A stretch of 64,000 nt of DNA, taken from the human T2T-CHM13v2.0 reference genome, Homo sapiens. Location: the NCBI RefSeq assembly GCF_009914755.1, contig NC_060925.1. One strand, given 5' to 3'. A program made the position numbers and the translations under genes. The notes beneath the pieces were generated by a model. It was not told where the DNA came from. It did not search any database and saw only the letters and a list, made by a program, of their open reading frames with translations. Positions 48,652-62,245 of the stretch are shown here, in pieces (position 1 is the stretch's first letter; each line of letters starts with the position of its first letter).

Positions 48652-48723
48652 TTCCCTGACCGGGAATCGAACCCGGGCCGCGGCGGTGAGAGCGCCGAAT
48701 CCTAACCACTAGACCACCAGGGA
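48652..48723 (-). tRNA. TRE-CTC1: tRNA-Glu(CTC), unit 7
   Basis: Identical to the unit 1 copy. Confidence 0.97.
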
Positions 48724-49009
48724 GAGGCGGCTTCAGGGCCCGGCTTGCGCCTCCTGGCCCCAGCGCCTCTGGCCCCAGCACTGGGCGCTACCTTGGCGCC
48801 TGTCCCCTGCTTCGCTTTAAAACAAACACCCGCAACCAGCCCCCGCGACGCCGGCGGCAACCGGCCTGCCCTCACGAGCAGCTCTGGCCCTGTTCGCAGC
48901 ACACCCTCCAAACACCGCGCGCCTCCTTCCCCGGCGCACAGGCACGCAGCCACAGGCCAAGCTGCGACGCGAGCTCCGCGACGGGGACCTCCGCAAAAGG
49001 TCCGCCCGC

Positions 49010-49081
49010 TGCGTTGGCCGGGAATCGAACCCGGGTCAACTGCTTGGAAGGCAGCTATGCTCACCACTATACCACCAACGC
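49010..49081 (-). tRNA. TRG-TCC2: tRNA-Gly(TCC), unit 7
   Basis: Identical gene body; 5' leader variant at 49084. Confidence 0.97.
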
Positions 49082-49667
49082 CGTACGGCGCGGGCAGCCC
49101 CGCCGCGCCGGCCCGGGGCTCCCACCAGCGCGCCGCCGACGCCCGGGGCAGGCCGGCCCCGACGCCCGGTCCGTCCGCCCGCCCGCAGCTCCGCGCTGCC
49201 GCGGCCCCGCCAAAGGCCGCCCCGCGCCCCACCGGGGCAAGGCCAGCGCGGCTGCCCCGTTCCGCCCGCCTGCCTCTGGGGGCGCTCTCGCTCCCTCGCC
49301 GCCCGGGGCCGCCAGAGCCCTTCCCCACCAGGTGCCCGGCGGGGACACGGCCGGCGCCGACGGGGTCCCCACTCCTCCGCCTCCCACCGGGCGCCGGGCC
49401 CTGTGCCTCGCAGAAAGCCTCTTCCGACACCCACTTTGGGCCGGCAGCTCTCTGGGCGCCGTGGGGGCCAGAGGAGGCCGCCCGGCTGCGGGCGACCAAG
49501 CCGCGGGCGAGAAGAAAAGGTAGGAGGCCAACGGGGCCCAGGAGGCCCAGGGGGCCAAGGGGCCAGGCCCGAGATGGCGCCCTGCGACTAGCGGGAGGGC
49601 GGAGGAAGGAGAGAGAAGGAGGGCCCACAGGCTGGGTCCGAGGCGGCGGCCCAAAAAGCACGGCTGC

Positions 49668-49739
49668 CTCCCCGTCGGGGAATCGAACCCCGGTCTCCCG
49701 CGTGACAGGCGGGGATACTCACCACTATACTAACGAGGA
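49668..49739 (-). tRNA. TRD-GTC2: tRNA-Asp(GTC), unit 7
   Basis: Identical to the unit 1 copy. Confidence 0.97.
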
Positions 49740-50375
49740 CGACGGCGACGGTCGCCGGGACGCCAGACCCCACTCCGACCGCGGACGCCTAGCCCTGCCT
49801 TGATCCCCTCCCCCGACGGCAGGGGCCGGGCGCGTGCTCGCCTTCCACCCGCCGCCCGCCGCCCGCCACCCGCCACACGCCACCCGTCACCTGCCACCCG
49901 CCCCCCGCCACCGTTGGCACGACCTACCCCGACACCCAACAAAGCACCCTGCGATCCCGCTGGGACCCGGAGCCGGAGCCGGACCCCGACAGGTACCGGA
50001 GCGGCGTGGAACCTCCCCGCGCGCCCTGCCTGCTGTCTCCAACGCGGGGATCGCGCCGGGGCAGGAGGAGGCGCGGGCGAAACAGTCAGGCCGCTGCTCC
50101 TAGGACGCGGTGGGCGCACGCCCTGCGGGGTTCGGCGAGCGGAGGCGCGGGGGCTGGGGCGTGCGCCGGCGGCGGCCGGCCCGACGCGGACCCTTTGGGT
50201 CCGGGGTGGGGACGCGGGGGCGTCCACGCCAACGCCAGCCGGCTCCGTTCACTTGGCGCCCGCTCCGCCCGCGCGGTCCGTCGGTTGCGCACCGAACCCA
50301 GACAGGCGCCGGCCAAGGGCGCAGGCGTTCGCGCCGGGTCCCAGCCATGCCAGCGGCGACGCGCCCCGGCGCGCC

Positions 50376-50458
50376 GTCAGGATGGCCGAGCGGTCTAAGG
50401 CGCTGCGTTCAGGTCGCAGTCTCCCCTGGAGGCGTGGGTTCGAATCCCACTCCTGACA
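50376..50458 (+). tRNA. TRL-CAG1: tRNA-Leu(CAG), unit 7
   Basis: Identical to the unit 1 copy. Confidence 0.97.
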
Positions 50459-51695
50459 AGCCGACCTTTTGGCCCGCCCGCCGGAGGGCAACGCCCATGG
50501 CAACCCTGGAGCACCTTTGGCCGCTTCCTGCCTTGAGCCCTTGCCCGCTCTCCAGACTCCAGCCCCCTTGAAGCAAGCCTCCAAAACGCCGCCGCTTCTC
50601 AGGCACGTCCGTTCTTCCTGCCCACCCGCCGGCTGTCGCAGAAACAGCCCAGGACCATGCGCCAGCGCCCGCGACCCTCTACCAATTGCCCTTCGGACAG
50701 ACGCCCTCCCCACCACCTCACACGCCCTCTTCCCTGGCCCCACACACAGCGAGCGACCGCGACCACCTTCCACGCTCTTCCCTGCCTATCTCCTCCGCCC
50801 GCCTTCTCCTCACTCGCCCAAACAGACACAGCCCAGATTCTTCCCCTATTCCTCCTTTTCCCTCCTTCCTCCCACCGGCCTGCGCCCACCGCCCACCGCC
50901 TTGAATCGCCGCTGCGCTGCCCAGAGGCGTCCTGGCCTGAACAGCCCGCCCGGTTTCACCCTCCAACTTCTGACCGCTGAGCAGCAGCGAGCGACTCGCT
51001 CGTGGAGCCGCACACACGTCTCCCACCAGAGGCACGCCATCCAGCATCCTGTCCTTTCCTCCGACCCCTCGGACCCCGGCCGCGCATTCCATTCTGCCGA
51101 CACCCTAGCCAGGTCGCCGATCCCACCTCGCTACCTGTGCTCCCTTCCCGCTAACACCTGCCTGCCGGCCCACCTGCAGCCCGGACGCCTGCCGGCCAGA
51201 GGCAGCGGGAACCCTGCACACAGCCGGGCAGGCGAGTCCAAACCCGGAAAGACAGCCCAAGAGGAATCACGAGCGGAAGCCCTAGATCCCCGTCACCCGC
51301 CCACAAACGCCTGGCCCCGCCGGGACCAGCTCTGCGCCACAGCGCATCCCCACGCGGGAAGCCGCGGCCTGGGCCGTCCCAGCCACACCCAGCGCGCCTT
51401 CTCCAGGGTCAGCCAGCTGCGGCTCTGCCGAAGCGCTCCTCCGCTCCTTTCTCGCGCTCCAGCCTCCCTACCAGCCCAGGGGGCCGGACCCCAAGTGCGA
51501 GCCGGTGGCGTGGGTCAGAGCGCAGGAGCGAGGCGCCCACGGACCTGGTCTGCGTTTCTGAGCCGCACGCCACGGCTGCGAGACCCGTTCCCCATCGCCG
51601 CCCCCGCTCGCTGACACACCCATCCCGCCTCTCACCTGCTGGTGACACAAGTGAGAAGGCTGGCCCCACGGTGGTGAAAAAAAAAAACACCTCAC

Positions 51696-51697
51696 GA

Positions 51698-51745
<48 letters not shown>

Positions 51746-51747
51746 AA
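51696..51747. repeat. (GAAA)13 STR, unit 7
   Basis: Direct count. Confidence 0.93.
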
Positions 51748-52130
51748 CAACAAAAACAAAACACAAAAACTCTGGGTCTGTGCCGGGGATCCGCGCTCAG
51801 CAAGGCCCGCCACAGCAAATCTGCCCACACGGGCATTTGGGCGCGGGCCACGGCCGGTCCTTCCCCTGGAGACCCCGGCGGGCAGTCTCTCGACCCTGGG
51901 CGGCAGAGAAAGCGCAAGATGGGACGAGTCGGCCTCTCTCCCTCCGCTCTCCCTCCGCGCCCCGCCTCAGGTCCCTCGACGTGACGAGAGCCTCCCCTTC
52001 TGCTCGCCCCATCGGGCCAGCCTCTCGTGGACGCTGCAATAGGACGGAGGCCCACGGCAGGCGGTGACCAGTGAACGGCGGCTGGTGGCGAGTTCCGCTG
52101 TGCCAGCTTCCGTTGGCGTTTGCCATCGGT

Positions 52131-52201
52131 GCATGGGTGGTTCAGTGGTAGAATTCTCGCCTGCCACGCGGGAGGCCCGGGTTCGATTCCCGGCCCATGC
52201 A
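52131..52201 (+). tRNA. TRG-GCC1: tRNA-Gly(GCC), unit 8
   Basis: Identical to the unit 1 copy. Confidence 0.97.
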
Positions 52202-52582
52202 GCACGCCCTCCCATTTTGGTGCTGCAGCAGCACCAAGGCGTAGCTGCGCTCGCCTCTGCCGCCTCCTTACACTCGGGGCGCGCGAGCGAGTCCGGCACC
52301 GGCTGCGCTCCCACGCGCGACGGCCCTCTGCCCTTTCTTCCGTGCCTCTCTCGACTGACTTAGGGATGAGCCTACCCCACGCACCCACACACCTTGGTGA
52401 CAACAACCCCTCCAGACACGAGAGCGCGCCAGACACCAGAACTTGGCAGCCTCCTGGTCCTGTTTCTCTGCATTGCCCTGCCACCGCCTCTGCCCGACGC
52501 ATTTCACTTCACGGAACACCGCCAGGCACCACGGGCTTGCAGCCACTCGCACCACCCCTTCTCTTCACATTTCACCGCCTCG

Positions 52583-52629
<47 letters not shown>

Positions 52630-54424
52630 CCCCCCCCCCCCTCGCTGGCTCCCCACATCCAGAAAATGATGCCATGGTTGCCCTTCCAGTAGGAAGGAAG
52701 TCGCGACTCCAGGGAGTAACTCATCACTTTCCCCTAGTTGGTCACACAGTCCTTAACGCGACCACACGAGTGTACGCGTGGCATGTGCACCGTCTATATT
52801 CACCGTGTTCCGGCTACTCCACACTCTCTCCCCTCATTCTGCCGGCACCACCACCGCCATGTCGCAACTCCCAACCTAACCCCAATCCACCACTTTAGTC
52901 GAGGATGCTGCCTTGTTTCTCCCCCTCGGACCTCTTTTCATCTCAGCCCCAGACACATGCCTGAGACGTGAATGTGCGTCCTGAAGACGGCTTATTTATG
53001 TCTCGGGTCCAGTTGCATTCCCTACCCTTTTGGGACGTGGGACGTGGCCTCCAGTCGCTCTGTCACGATGTCTCTCCCACCCTGGGCTGCTTGCCACCTC
53101 ACCCCAGCCCCACTCCATACTCTGACCGCCCAGCCCAAGCAGCATCCCAGTCTCGCCGGCGCGGGTCCCCTTTGACCACACAGACTTCGTTCCTGCCCAG
53201 ACCAACCGGCTGAAAATGTACTGTTCCCACCAGCCTTCAGGCTCAGCCCTCCCTCCCCCACCTTTGTCTCACGCCACCCACCCCTTCACTCACACACACA
53301 CTCTGACGCGCACACACACACACACACACTCACACTCTCACTCTCTCTCTCTCTCACTCTCTGTCTTTCTCTGTCTCTCTCTCTCTCTCTGTCTCTATGT
53401 CTCTATCTCTCTGTCTCTGTCTCACACAGCCAACTCTCCGTCTCGCCGTCAATGCCCCTCTCTCAGACGACTCATATCCCCCAGCCCTGGCCTCCTTCAG
53501 CCTCTTCAGACTCACGCCAGCTCCGCCACCAGCTGGGATCCCTCCGACCTATGGCATAGGCAGCCCGCGAGGTGCCCTAACGCCCCAGGCATCTGCACAA
53601 CCTCCGTTTGACTGCACAGCCTCACTCCCAGACCTGGCCAGCCAGCCCTGTGCACCCCCTGGACACCCTGGACTCCTTCTTCCAGCTCCCAGCACGCGAC
53701 ATGCTTCTCTCCTTTCCTTGGTGTCAGCCCCTTGCCCCGGGCTAGGGTGGACGCCAGCCACGGGATCGGACACCTTCTTCCGTCGCTGTCACCCACTGAC
53801 ATCCACCCACAACACGCTGGCAAGCAAGCCAGCCTCCCGTGGGGATGGCAAACATCTCTATCCCCGATAGGGTCTGGTCCCTGCAGGTGATCCGACTGTG
53901 CCAAGATCCCACGAATGACACGGGACAGGTTTGTGCAGTTGGTTGGACGTCTACTTTGCCCCTACAGAGGGGTTTTGGCAAGAAGTCGACTGACTTCTGC
54001 CATTGACCTGGGGAATCAGCCAAACAATAAGATCAGTACGGGTTGAATAGAGGTTGGAGAACTGGGCTCATCTGTGCTAAGGAGGGGATGGGAAAAAAGT
54101 CCCACAGCGAATCTTGGCGCTGGGGATAGGTACCATCTCCACATGTTCCTTGACATTTGGAGAGACGATAGAGAGCGTAGGTCAGGCAATGGGAAGCAAA
54201 CTTCGGCTAGAAGTCTGTCAGGAACCCCAACCCCGCACATGCGCTTTGGTCAGCCTGGCCGTTGGGTTTTCCCCACGAACTGCTGCATCTCCACGCTTCA
54301 ATGCCCGTGGCCAGGTTGGTCTGACTAATGGGACCTCTCAAGATTCATTTTCACATCCAGAATAGGCGAGAATCTCAAACCTGTCGACGGTGAGCGGGAG
54401 CATGTGTACGCACATGCACGTGTA

Positions 54425-54846
54425 CGTTGCGGGAAGTCAGGGACCCCGAACGGAGGGAGCGGCTGGAGCTGCGGCCGAGGCACGTAAATTGTGAGGATTT
54501 CATTTCAATACGGACATTTATCAGTTCCCAAATAATGCTTTTATAATTTCTTACGCCTGTCTTTACTTTAATCTCTTAATCCTGTTATCTTCGTAAGCTG
54601 AGGATGTACGTCACCTCAGGACCGCTGTGACAATTGTGTTGACTCTACAAATTGATGGTAAAACGTGTGTGTTTGAACAGCATGAAATCAGGGCACCTTG
54701 AAAAAGAATAGAATAACAGCGACTTTTAGGGAACAGGGGAAGACAACGGTAAGGTCTGACTGCCTGCGAGGTCGGGCAGAAAGAGCCATATTTTTCTTCT
54801 TGCAGAGAGCCTATGAAGGACGTGCAGGTAGGGAAGATGTGGCTAA
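54425..54846 (+). mobile_element. MER11A-like LTR fragment, unit 8
   Basis: Copy of 2647-3068. Confidence 0.85.
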
Positions 54847-55418
54847 GACAACCTAAGTGTCCATCGGCCGGGAAATGGATTAACAAAAATGTGGCATATA
54901 GACACCATGGAATACTCTTTGGCCATAGAAAAGAACGAAATCCTCTGGTCTGCAGCAACAGAGGCGGAGCTAAAGGTCACGATGGAACATCAAACGAGCC
55001 GGGCACAGAAAGACAGAGAGGGCAGGTTCTTACTCCAATCCTGGGAGCTCAAAATGTTCACCTTGTGGAGGTAGAGAGTAGAACGATAGACACCAGAGGC
55101 TGGAGAGGGTGTGTGGGTGACTGCGGTGAAGAGAGGTTGGTGAAATGGGTCCGAGCATGCGTTTGGATGGAGGGAATACGTTCCAATAATGTTCTAAGGC
55201 GGAGTAGGGCGACTAGGGGTAACAACGATGTATTAGTGCTTGTTTCCGAAGAGCTCCTGGAAGACAGCACCTGAGATGCTCCCAACAGGTAGAGATGACA
55301 GATACCCACGGGATGGATGCCCTACATCCCCTCAGTTGACCATCGATCACTACGCGATGTACACGCGTTACCACACGTCACAGGAATCCCATGGATATCA
55401 TGTCCGCATGAAGAAAAA
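54847..55418 (+). mobile_element. L1MA-like 3' fragment, unit 8
   Basis: Copy of 3069-3640. Confidence 0.85.
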
Positions 55419-56051
55419 CATAGTCATGCTGCCAGGGTGATTGTCGCAGCTCTGCCTCCCTAGGGCTATGGCCCGTGGTCTCGGCTCCTCAAGTTCCGCT
55501 GCCATTACTACCAAAGCCGCTGACACCCGTGGAGCCCAATCACGGATCCCACGCCTTGGGAAAGCCAGTGCGCTTGCTGACATGAGTGGCTCTGGCGGGT
55601 GGCCCAACCATTAGGCGCAGATCCCCCGCAGCCGAGAGAGAAGTGGCCCGTCAGCCACTCGGCTTGGCTTGGCAGAAGCCGCTCCGCTCGAGAGTCCTGG
55701 CCCATCCCGTGGCCAGCCGAGAGTGCGAGGGTGGCGGTGGTGGTGGTGGCGGGTCACCTGGCGGCCATGGGAGGAGAAAGCCTGACCTGGCCAGTGGGCT
55801 TTGCCGCTGACAAAGAGTGGGAGCGAGGCGAGCACCTGACAAGGAAGGGCTGTGAAGCTGATGTTGCGAAGGTGGCGCCAGCGAGGCCAAAAGGAGGGAT
55901 GGGTGGAGGTAGACGGGGAGCGTTGGGGCGGCGCACGTGGAAGCCGCGGGAGGTTGTGGCTGGGGCGCGGGAGAAGCGAGCCAGCCTGTTGGTCAAAAGG
56001 GGAGGTGTGAAGGGGCCTGGCAGTTGGCAGGCAGAGCCAACGAAGGAAGGC

Positions 56052-56123
56052 TTCCCTGACCGGGAATCGAACCCGGGCCGCGGCGGTGAGAGCGCCGAAT
56101 CCTAACCACTAGACCACCAGGGA
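56052..56123 (-). tRNA. TRE-CTC1: tRNA-Glu(CTC), unit 8
   Basis: Identical to the unit 1 copy. Confidence 0.97.
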
Positions 56124-56409
56124 GAGGCGGCTTCAGGGCCCGGCTTGCGCCTCCTGGCCCCAGCGCCTCTGGCCCCAGCACTGGGCGCTACCTTGGCGCC
56201 TGTCCCCTGCTTCGCTTTAAAACAAACACCCGCAACCAGCCCCCGCGACGCCGGCGGCAACCGGCCTGCCCTCACGAGCAGCTCTGGCCCTGTTCGCAGC
56301 ACACCCTCCAAACACCGCGCGCCTCCTTCCCCGGCGCACAGGCACGCAGCCACAGGCCAAGCTGCGACGCGAGCTCCGCGACGGGGACCTCCGCAAAAGG
56401 TCCGCCCGC

Positions 56410-56481
56410 TGCGTTGGCCGGGAATCGAACCCGGGTCAACTGCTTGGAAGGCAGCTATGCTCACCACTATACCACCAACGC
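56410..56481 (-). tRNA. TRG-TCC2: tRNA-Gly(TCC), unit 8
   Basis: Identical to the unit 1 copy. Confidence 0.97.
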
Positions 56482-57067
56482 CGCACGGCGCGGGCAGCCC
56501 CGCCGCGCCGGCCCGGGGCTCCCACCAGCGCGCCGCCGACGCCCGGGGCAGGCCGGCCCCGACGCCCGGTCCGTCCGCCCGCCCGCAGCTCCGCGCTGCC
56601 GCGGCCCCGCCAAAGGCCGCCCCGCGCCCCACCGGGGCAAGGCCAGCGCGGCTGCCCCGTTCCGCCCGCCTGCCTCTGGGGGCGCTCTCGCTCCCTCGCC
56701 GCCCGGGGCCGCCAGAGCCCTTCCCCACCAGGTGCCCGGCGGGGACACGGCCGGCGCCGACGGGGTCCCCACTCCTCCGCCTCCCACCGGGCGCCGGGCC
56801 CTGTGCCTCGCAGAAAGCCTCTTCCGACACCCACTTTGGGCCGGCAGCTCTCTGGGCGCCGTGGGGGCCAGAGGAGGCCGCCCGGCTGCGGGCGACCAAG
56901 CCGCGGGCGAGAAGAAAAGGTAGGAGGCCAACGGGGCCCAGGAGGCCCAGGGGGCCAAGGGGCCAGGCCCGAGATGGCGCCCTGCGACTAGCGGGAGGGC
57001 GGAGGAAGGAGAGAGAAGGAGGGCCCACAGGCTGGGTCCGAGGCGGCGGCCCAAAAAGCACGGCTGC

Positions 57068-57139
57068 CTCCCCGTCGGGGAATCGAACCCCGGTCTCCCG
57101 CGTGACAGGCGGGGATACTCACCACTATACTAACGAGGA
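57068..57139 (-). tRNA. TRD-GTC2: tRNA-Asp(GTC), unit 8
   Basis: Identical to the unit 1 copy. Confidence 0.97.
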
Positions 57140-57775
57140 CGACGGCGACGGTCGCCGGGACGCCAGACCCCACTCCGACCGCGGACGCCTAGCCCTGCCT
57201 TGATCCCCTCCCCCGACGGCAGGGGCCGGGCGCGTGCTCGCCTTCCACCCGCCGCCCGCCGCCCGCCACCCGCCACACGCCACCCGTCACCTGCCACCCG
57301 CCCCCCGCCACCGTTGGCACGACCTACCCCGACACCCAACAAAGCACCCTGCGATCCCGCTGGGACCCGGAGCCGGAGCCGGACCCCGACAGGTACCGGA
57401 GCGGCGTGGAACCTCCCCGCGCGCCCTGCCTGCTGTCTCCAACGCGGGGATCGCGCCGGGGCAGGAGGAGGCGCGGGCGAAACAGTCAGGCCGCTGCTCC
57501 TAGGACGCGGTGGGCGCACGCCCTGCGGGGTTCGGCGAGCGGAGGCGCGGGGGCTGGTGCGTGCGCCGGCGGCGGCCGGCCCGACGCGGACCCTTTGGGT
57601 CCGGGGTGGGGACGCGGGGGCGTCCACGCCAACGCCAGCCGGCTCCGTTCACTTGGCGCCCGCTCCGCCCGCGCGGTCCGTCGGTTGCGCACCGAACCCA
57701 GACAGGCGCCGGCCAAGGGCGCAGGCGTTCGCGCCGGGTCCCAGCCATGCCAGCGGCGACGCGCCCCGGCGCGCC

Positions 57776-57858
57776 GTCAGGATGGCCGAGCGGTCTAAGG
57801 CGCTGCGTTCAGGTCGCAGTCTCCCCTGGAGGCGTGGGTTCGAATCCCACTCCTGACA
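57776..57858 (+). tRNA. TRL-CAG1: tRNA-Leu(CAG), unit 8
   Basis: Identical to the unit 1 copy. Confidence 0.97.
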
Positions 57859-59095
57859 AGCCGACCTTTTGGCCCGCCCGCCGGAGGGCAACGCCCATGG
57901 CAACCCTGGAGCACCTTTGGCCGCTTCCTGCCTTGAGCCCTTGCCCGCTCTCCAGACTCCAGCCCCCTTGAAGCAAGCCTCCAAAACGCCGCCGCTTCTC
58001 AGGCACGTCCGTTCTTCCTGCCCACCCGCCGGCTGTCGCAGAAACAGCCCAGGACCATGCGCCAGCGCCCGCGACCCTCTACCAATTGCCCTTCGGACAG
58101 ACGCCCTCCCCACCACCTCACACGCCCTCTTCCCTGGCCCCACACACAGCGAGCGACCGCGACCACCTTCCACGCTCTTCCCTGCCTATCTCCTCCGCCC
58201 GCCTTCTCCTCACTCGCCCAAACAGACACAGCCCAGATTCTTCCCCTATTCCTCCTTTTCCCTCCTTCCTCCCACCGGCCTGCGCCCACCGCCCACCGCC
58301 TTGAATCGCCGCTGCGCTGCCCAGAGGCGTCCTGGCCTGAACAGCCCGCCCGGTTTCACCCTCCAACTTCTGACCGCTGAGCAGCAGCGAGCGACTCGCT
58401 CGTGGAGCCGCACACACGTCTCCCACCAGAGGCACGCCATCCAGCATCCTGTCCTTTCCTCCGACCCCTCGGACCCCGGCCGCGCATTCCATTCTGCCGA
58501 CACCCTAGCCAGGTCGCCGATCCCACCTCGCTACCTGTGCTCCCTTCCCGCTAACACCTGCCTGCCGGCCCACCTGCAGCCCGGACGCCTGCCGGCCAGA
58601 GGCAGCGGGAACCCTGCACACAGCCGGGCAGGCGAGTCCAAACCCGGAAAGACAGCCCAAGAGGAATCACGAGCGGAAGCCCTAGATCCCCGTCACCCGC
58701 CCACAAACGCCTGGCCCCGCCGGGACCAGCTCTGCGCCACAGCGCATCCCCACGCGGGAAGCCGCGGCCTGGGCCGTCCCAGCCACACCCAGCGCGCCTT
58801 CTCCAGGGTCAGCCAGCTGCGGCTCTGCCGAAGCGCTCCTCCGCTCCTTTCTCGCGCTCCAGCCTCCCTACCAGCCCAGGGGGCCGGACCCCAAGTGCGA
58901 GCCGGTGGCGTGGGTCAGAGCGCAGGAGCGAGGCGCCCACGGACCTGGTCTGCGTTTCTGAGCCGCACGCCACGGCTGCGAGACCCGTTCCCCATCGCCG
59001 CCCCCGCTCGCTGACACACCCATCCCGCCTCTCACCTGCTGGTGACACAAGTGAGAAGGCTGGCCCCACGGTGGTGAAAAAAAAAAACACCTCAC

Positions 59096-59151
59096 GAAAG
59101 AAAGAAAGAAAGAAAGAAAGAAAGACAGAAAGAAAGAAAGAAAGAAAGAAA
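59096..59151. repeat. (GAAA)7 GACA (GAAA)6 STR, unit 8
   Basis: Direct count. Confidence 0.93.
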
Positions 59152-59534
59152 CAACAAAAACAAAACACAAAAACTCTGGGTCTGTGCCGGGGATCCGCGC
59201 TCAGCAAGGCCCGCCACAGCAAATCTGCCCACACGGGCATTTGGGCGCGGGCCACGGCCGGTCCTTCCCCTGGAGACCCCGGCGGGCAGTCTCTCGACCC
59301 TGGGCGGCAGAGAAAGCGCAAGATGGGACGAGTCGGCCTCTCTCCCTCCGCTCTCCCTCCGCGCCCCGCCTCAGGTCCCTCGACGTGACGAGAGCCTCCC
59401 CTTCTGCTCGCCCCATCGGGCCAGCCTCTCGTGGACGCTGCAATAGGACGGAGGCCCACGGCAGGCGGTGACCAGTGAACGGCGGCTGGTGGCGAGTTCC
59501 GCTGTGCCAGCTTCCGTTGGCGTTTGCCATCGGT

Positions 59535-59605
59535 GCATGGGTGGTTCAGTGGTAGAATTCTCGCCTGCCACGCGGGAGGCCCGGGTTCGATTCCCGGCCC
59601 ATGCA
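59535..59605 (+). tRNA. TRG-GCC1: tRNA-Gly(GCC), unit 9
   Basis: Identical to the unit 1 copy. Confidence 0.97.
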
Positions 59606-59986
59606 GCACGCCCTCCCATTTTGGTGCTGCAGCAGCACCAAGGCGTAGCTGCGCTCGCCTCTGCCGCCTCCTTACACTCGGGGCGCGCGAGCGAGTCCGG
59701 CACCGGCTGCGCTCCCACGCGCGACGGCCCTCTGCCCTTTCTTCCGTGCCTCTCTCGACTGACTTAGGGATGAGCCTACCCCACGCACCCACACACCTTG
59801 GTGACAACAACCCCTCCAGACACGAGAGCGCGCCAGACACCAGAACTTGGCAGCCTCCTGGTCCTGTTTCTCTGCATTGCCCTGCCACCGCCTCTGCCCG
59901 ACGCATTTCACTTCACGGAACACCGCCAGGCACCACGGGCTTGCAGCCACTCGCACCACCCCTTCTCTTCACATTTCACCGCCTCG

Positions 59987-60029
<43 letters not shown>

Positions 60030-61823
60030 CCCCCCCCCCCTCGCTGGCTCCCCACATCCAGAAAATGATGCCATGGTTGCCCTTCCAGTAGGAAGGAAGT
60101 CGCGACTCCAGGGAGTAACTCATCACTTTCCCCTAGTTGGTCACACAGTCCTTAACGCGACCACACGAGTGTACGCGTGGCATGTGCACCGTCTATATTC
60201 ACCGTGTTCCGGCTACTCCACACTCTCTCCCCTCATTCTGCCGGCACCACCACCGCCATGTCGCAACTCCCAACCTAACCCCAATCCACCACTTTAGTCG
60301 AGGATGCTGCCTTGTTTCTCCCCCTCGGACCTCTTTTCATCTCAGCCCCAGACACATGCCTGAGACGTGAATGTGCGTCCTGAAGACGGCTTATTTATGT
60401 CTCGGGTCCAGTTGCATTCCCTACCCTTTTGGGACGTGGGACGTGGCCTCCAGTCGCTCTGTCACGATGTCTCTCCCACCCTGGGCTGCTTGCCACCTCA
60501 CCCCAGCCCCACTCCATACTCTGACCGCCCAGCCCAAGCAGCATCCCAGTCTCGCCGGCGCGGGTCCCCTTTGACCACACAGACTTCGTTCCTGCCCAGA
60601 CCAACCGGCTGAAAATGTACTGTTCCCACCAGCCTTCAGGCTCAGCCCTCCCTCCCCCACCTTTGTCTCACGCCACCCACCCCTTCACTCACACACACAC
60701 TCTGACGCGCACACACACACACACACACTCACACTCTCACTCTCTCTCTCTCTCACTCTCTGTCTTTCTCTGTCTCTCTCTCTCTCTCTGTCTCTATGTC
60801 TCTATCTCTCTGTCTCTGTCTCACACAGCCAACTCTCCGTCTCGCCGTCAATGCCCCTCTCTCAGACGACTCATATCCCCCAGCCCTGGCCTCCTTCAGC
60901 CTCTTCAGACTCACGCCAGCTCCGCCACCAGCTGGGATCCCTCCGACCTATGGCATAGGCAGCCCGCGAGGTGCCCTAACGCCCCAGGCATCTGCACAAC
61001 CTCCGTTTGACTGCACAGCCTCACTCCCAGACCTGGCCAGCCAGCCCTGTGCACCCCCTGGACACCCTGGACTCCTTCTTCCAGCTCCCAGCACGCGACA
61101 TGCTTCTCTCCTTTCCTTGGTGTCAGCCCCTTGCCCCGGGCTAGGGTGGACGCCAGCCACGGGATCGGACACCTTCTTCCGTCGCTGTCACCCACTGACA
61201 TCCACCCACAACACGCTGGCAAGCAAGCCAGCCTCCCGTGGGGATGGCAAACATCTCTATCCCCGATAGGGTCTGGTCCCTGCAGGTGATCCGACTGTGC
61301 CAAGATCCCACGAATGACACGGGACAGGTTTGTGCAGTTGGTTGGACGTCTACTTTGCCCCTACAGAGGGGTTTTGGCAAGAAGTCGACTGACTTCTGCC
61401 ATTGACCTGGGGAATCAGCCAAACAATAAGATCAGTACGGGTTGAATAGAGGTTGGAGAACTGGGCTCATCTGTGCTAAGGAGGGGATGGGAAAAAAGTC
61501 CCACAGCGAATCTTGGCGCTGGGGATAGGTACCATCTCCACATGTTCCTTGACATTTGGAGAGACGATAGAGAGCGTAGGTCAGGCAATGGGAAGCAAAC
61601 TTCGGCTAGAAGTCTGTCAGGAACCCCAACCCCGCACATGCGCTTTGGTCAGCCTGGCCGTTGGGTTTTCCCCACGAACTGCTGCATCTCCACGCTTCAA
61701 TGCCCGTGGCCAGGTTGGTCTGACTAATGGGACCTCTCAAGATTCATTTTCACATCCAGAATAGGCGAGAATCTCAAACCTGTCGACGGTGAGCGGGAGC
61801 ATGTGTACGCACATGCACGTGTA

Positions 61824-62245
61824 CGTTGCGGGAAGTCAGGGACCCCGAACGGAGGGAGCGGCTGGAGCTGCGGCCGAGGCACGTAAATTGTGAGGATTTC
61901 ATTTCAATACGGACATTCATCAGTTCCCAAATAATGCTTTTATAATTTCTTACGCCTGTCTTTACTTTAATCTCTTAATCCTGTTATCTTCGTAAGCTGA
62001 GGATGTACGTCACCTCAGGACCGCTGTGACAATTGTGTTGACTCTACAAATTGATGGTAAAACGTGTGTGTTTGAACAGCATGAAATCAGGGCACCTTGA
62101 AAAAGAATAGAATAACAGCGACTTTTAGGGAACAGGGGAAGACAACGGTAAGGTCTGACTGCCTGCGAGGTCGGGCAGAAAGAGCCATATTTTTCTTCTT
62201 GCAGAGAGCCTATGAAGGACGTGCAGGTAGGGAAGATGTGGCTAA
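61824..62245 (+). mobile_element. MER11A-like LTR fragment, unit 9
   Basis: Copy of 2647-3068. Confidence 0.85.
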
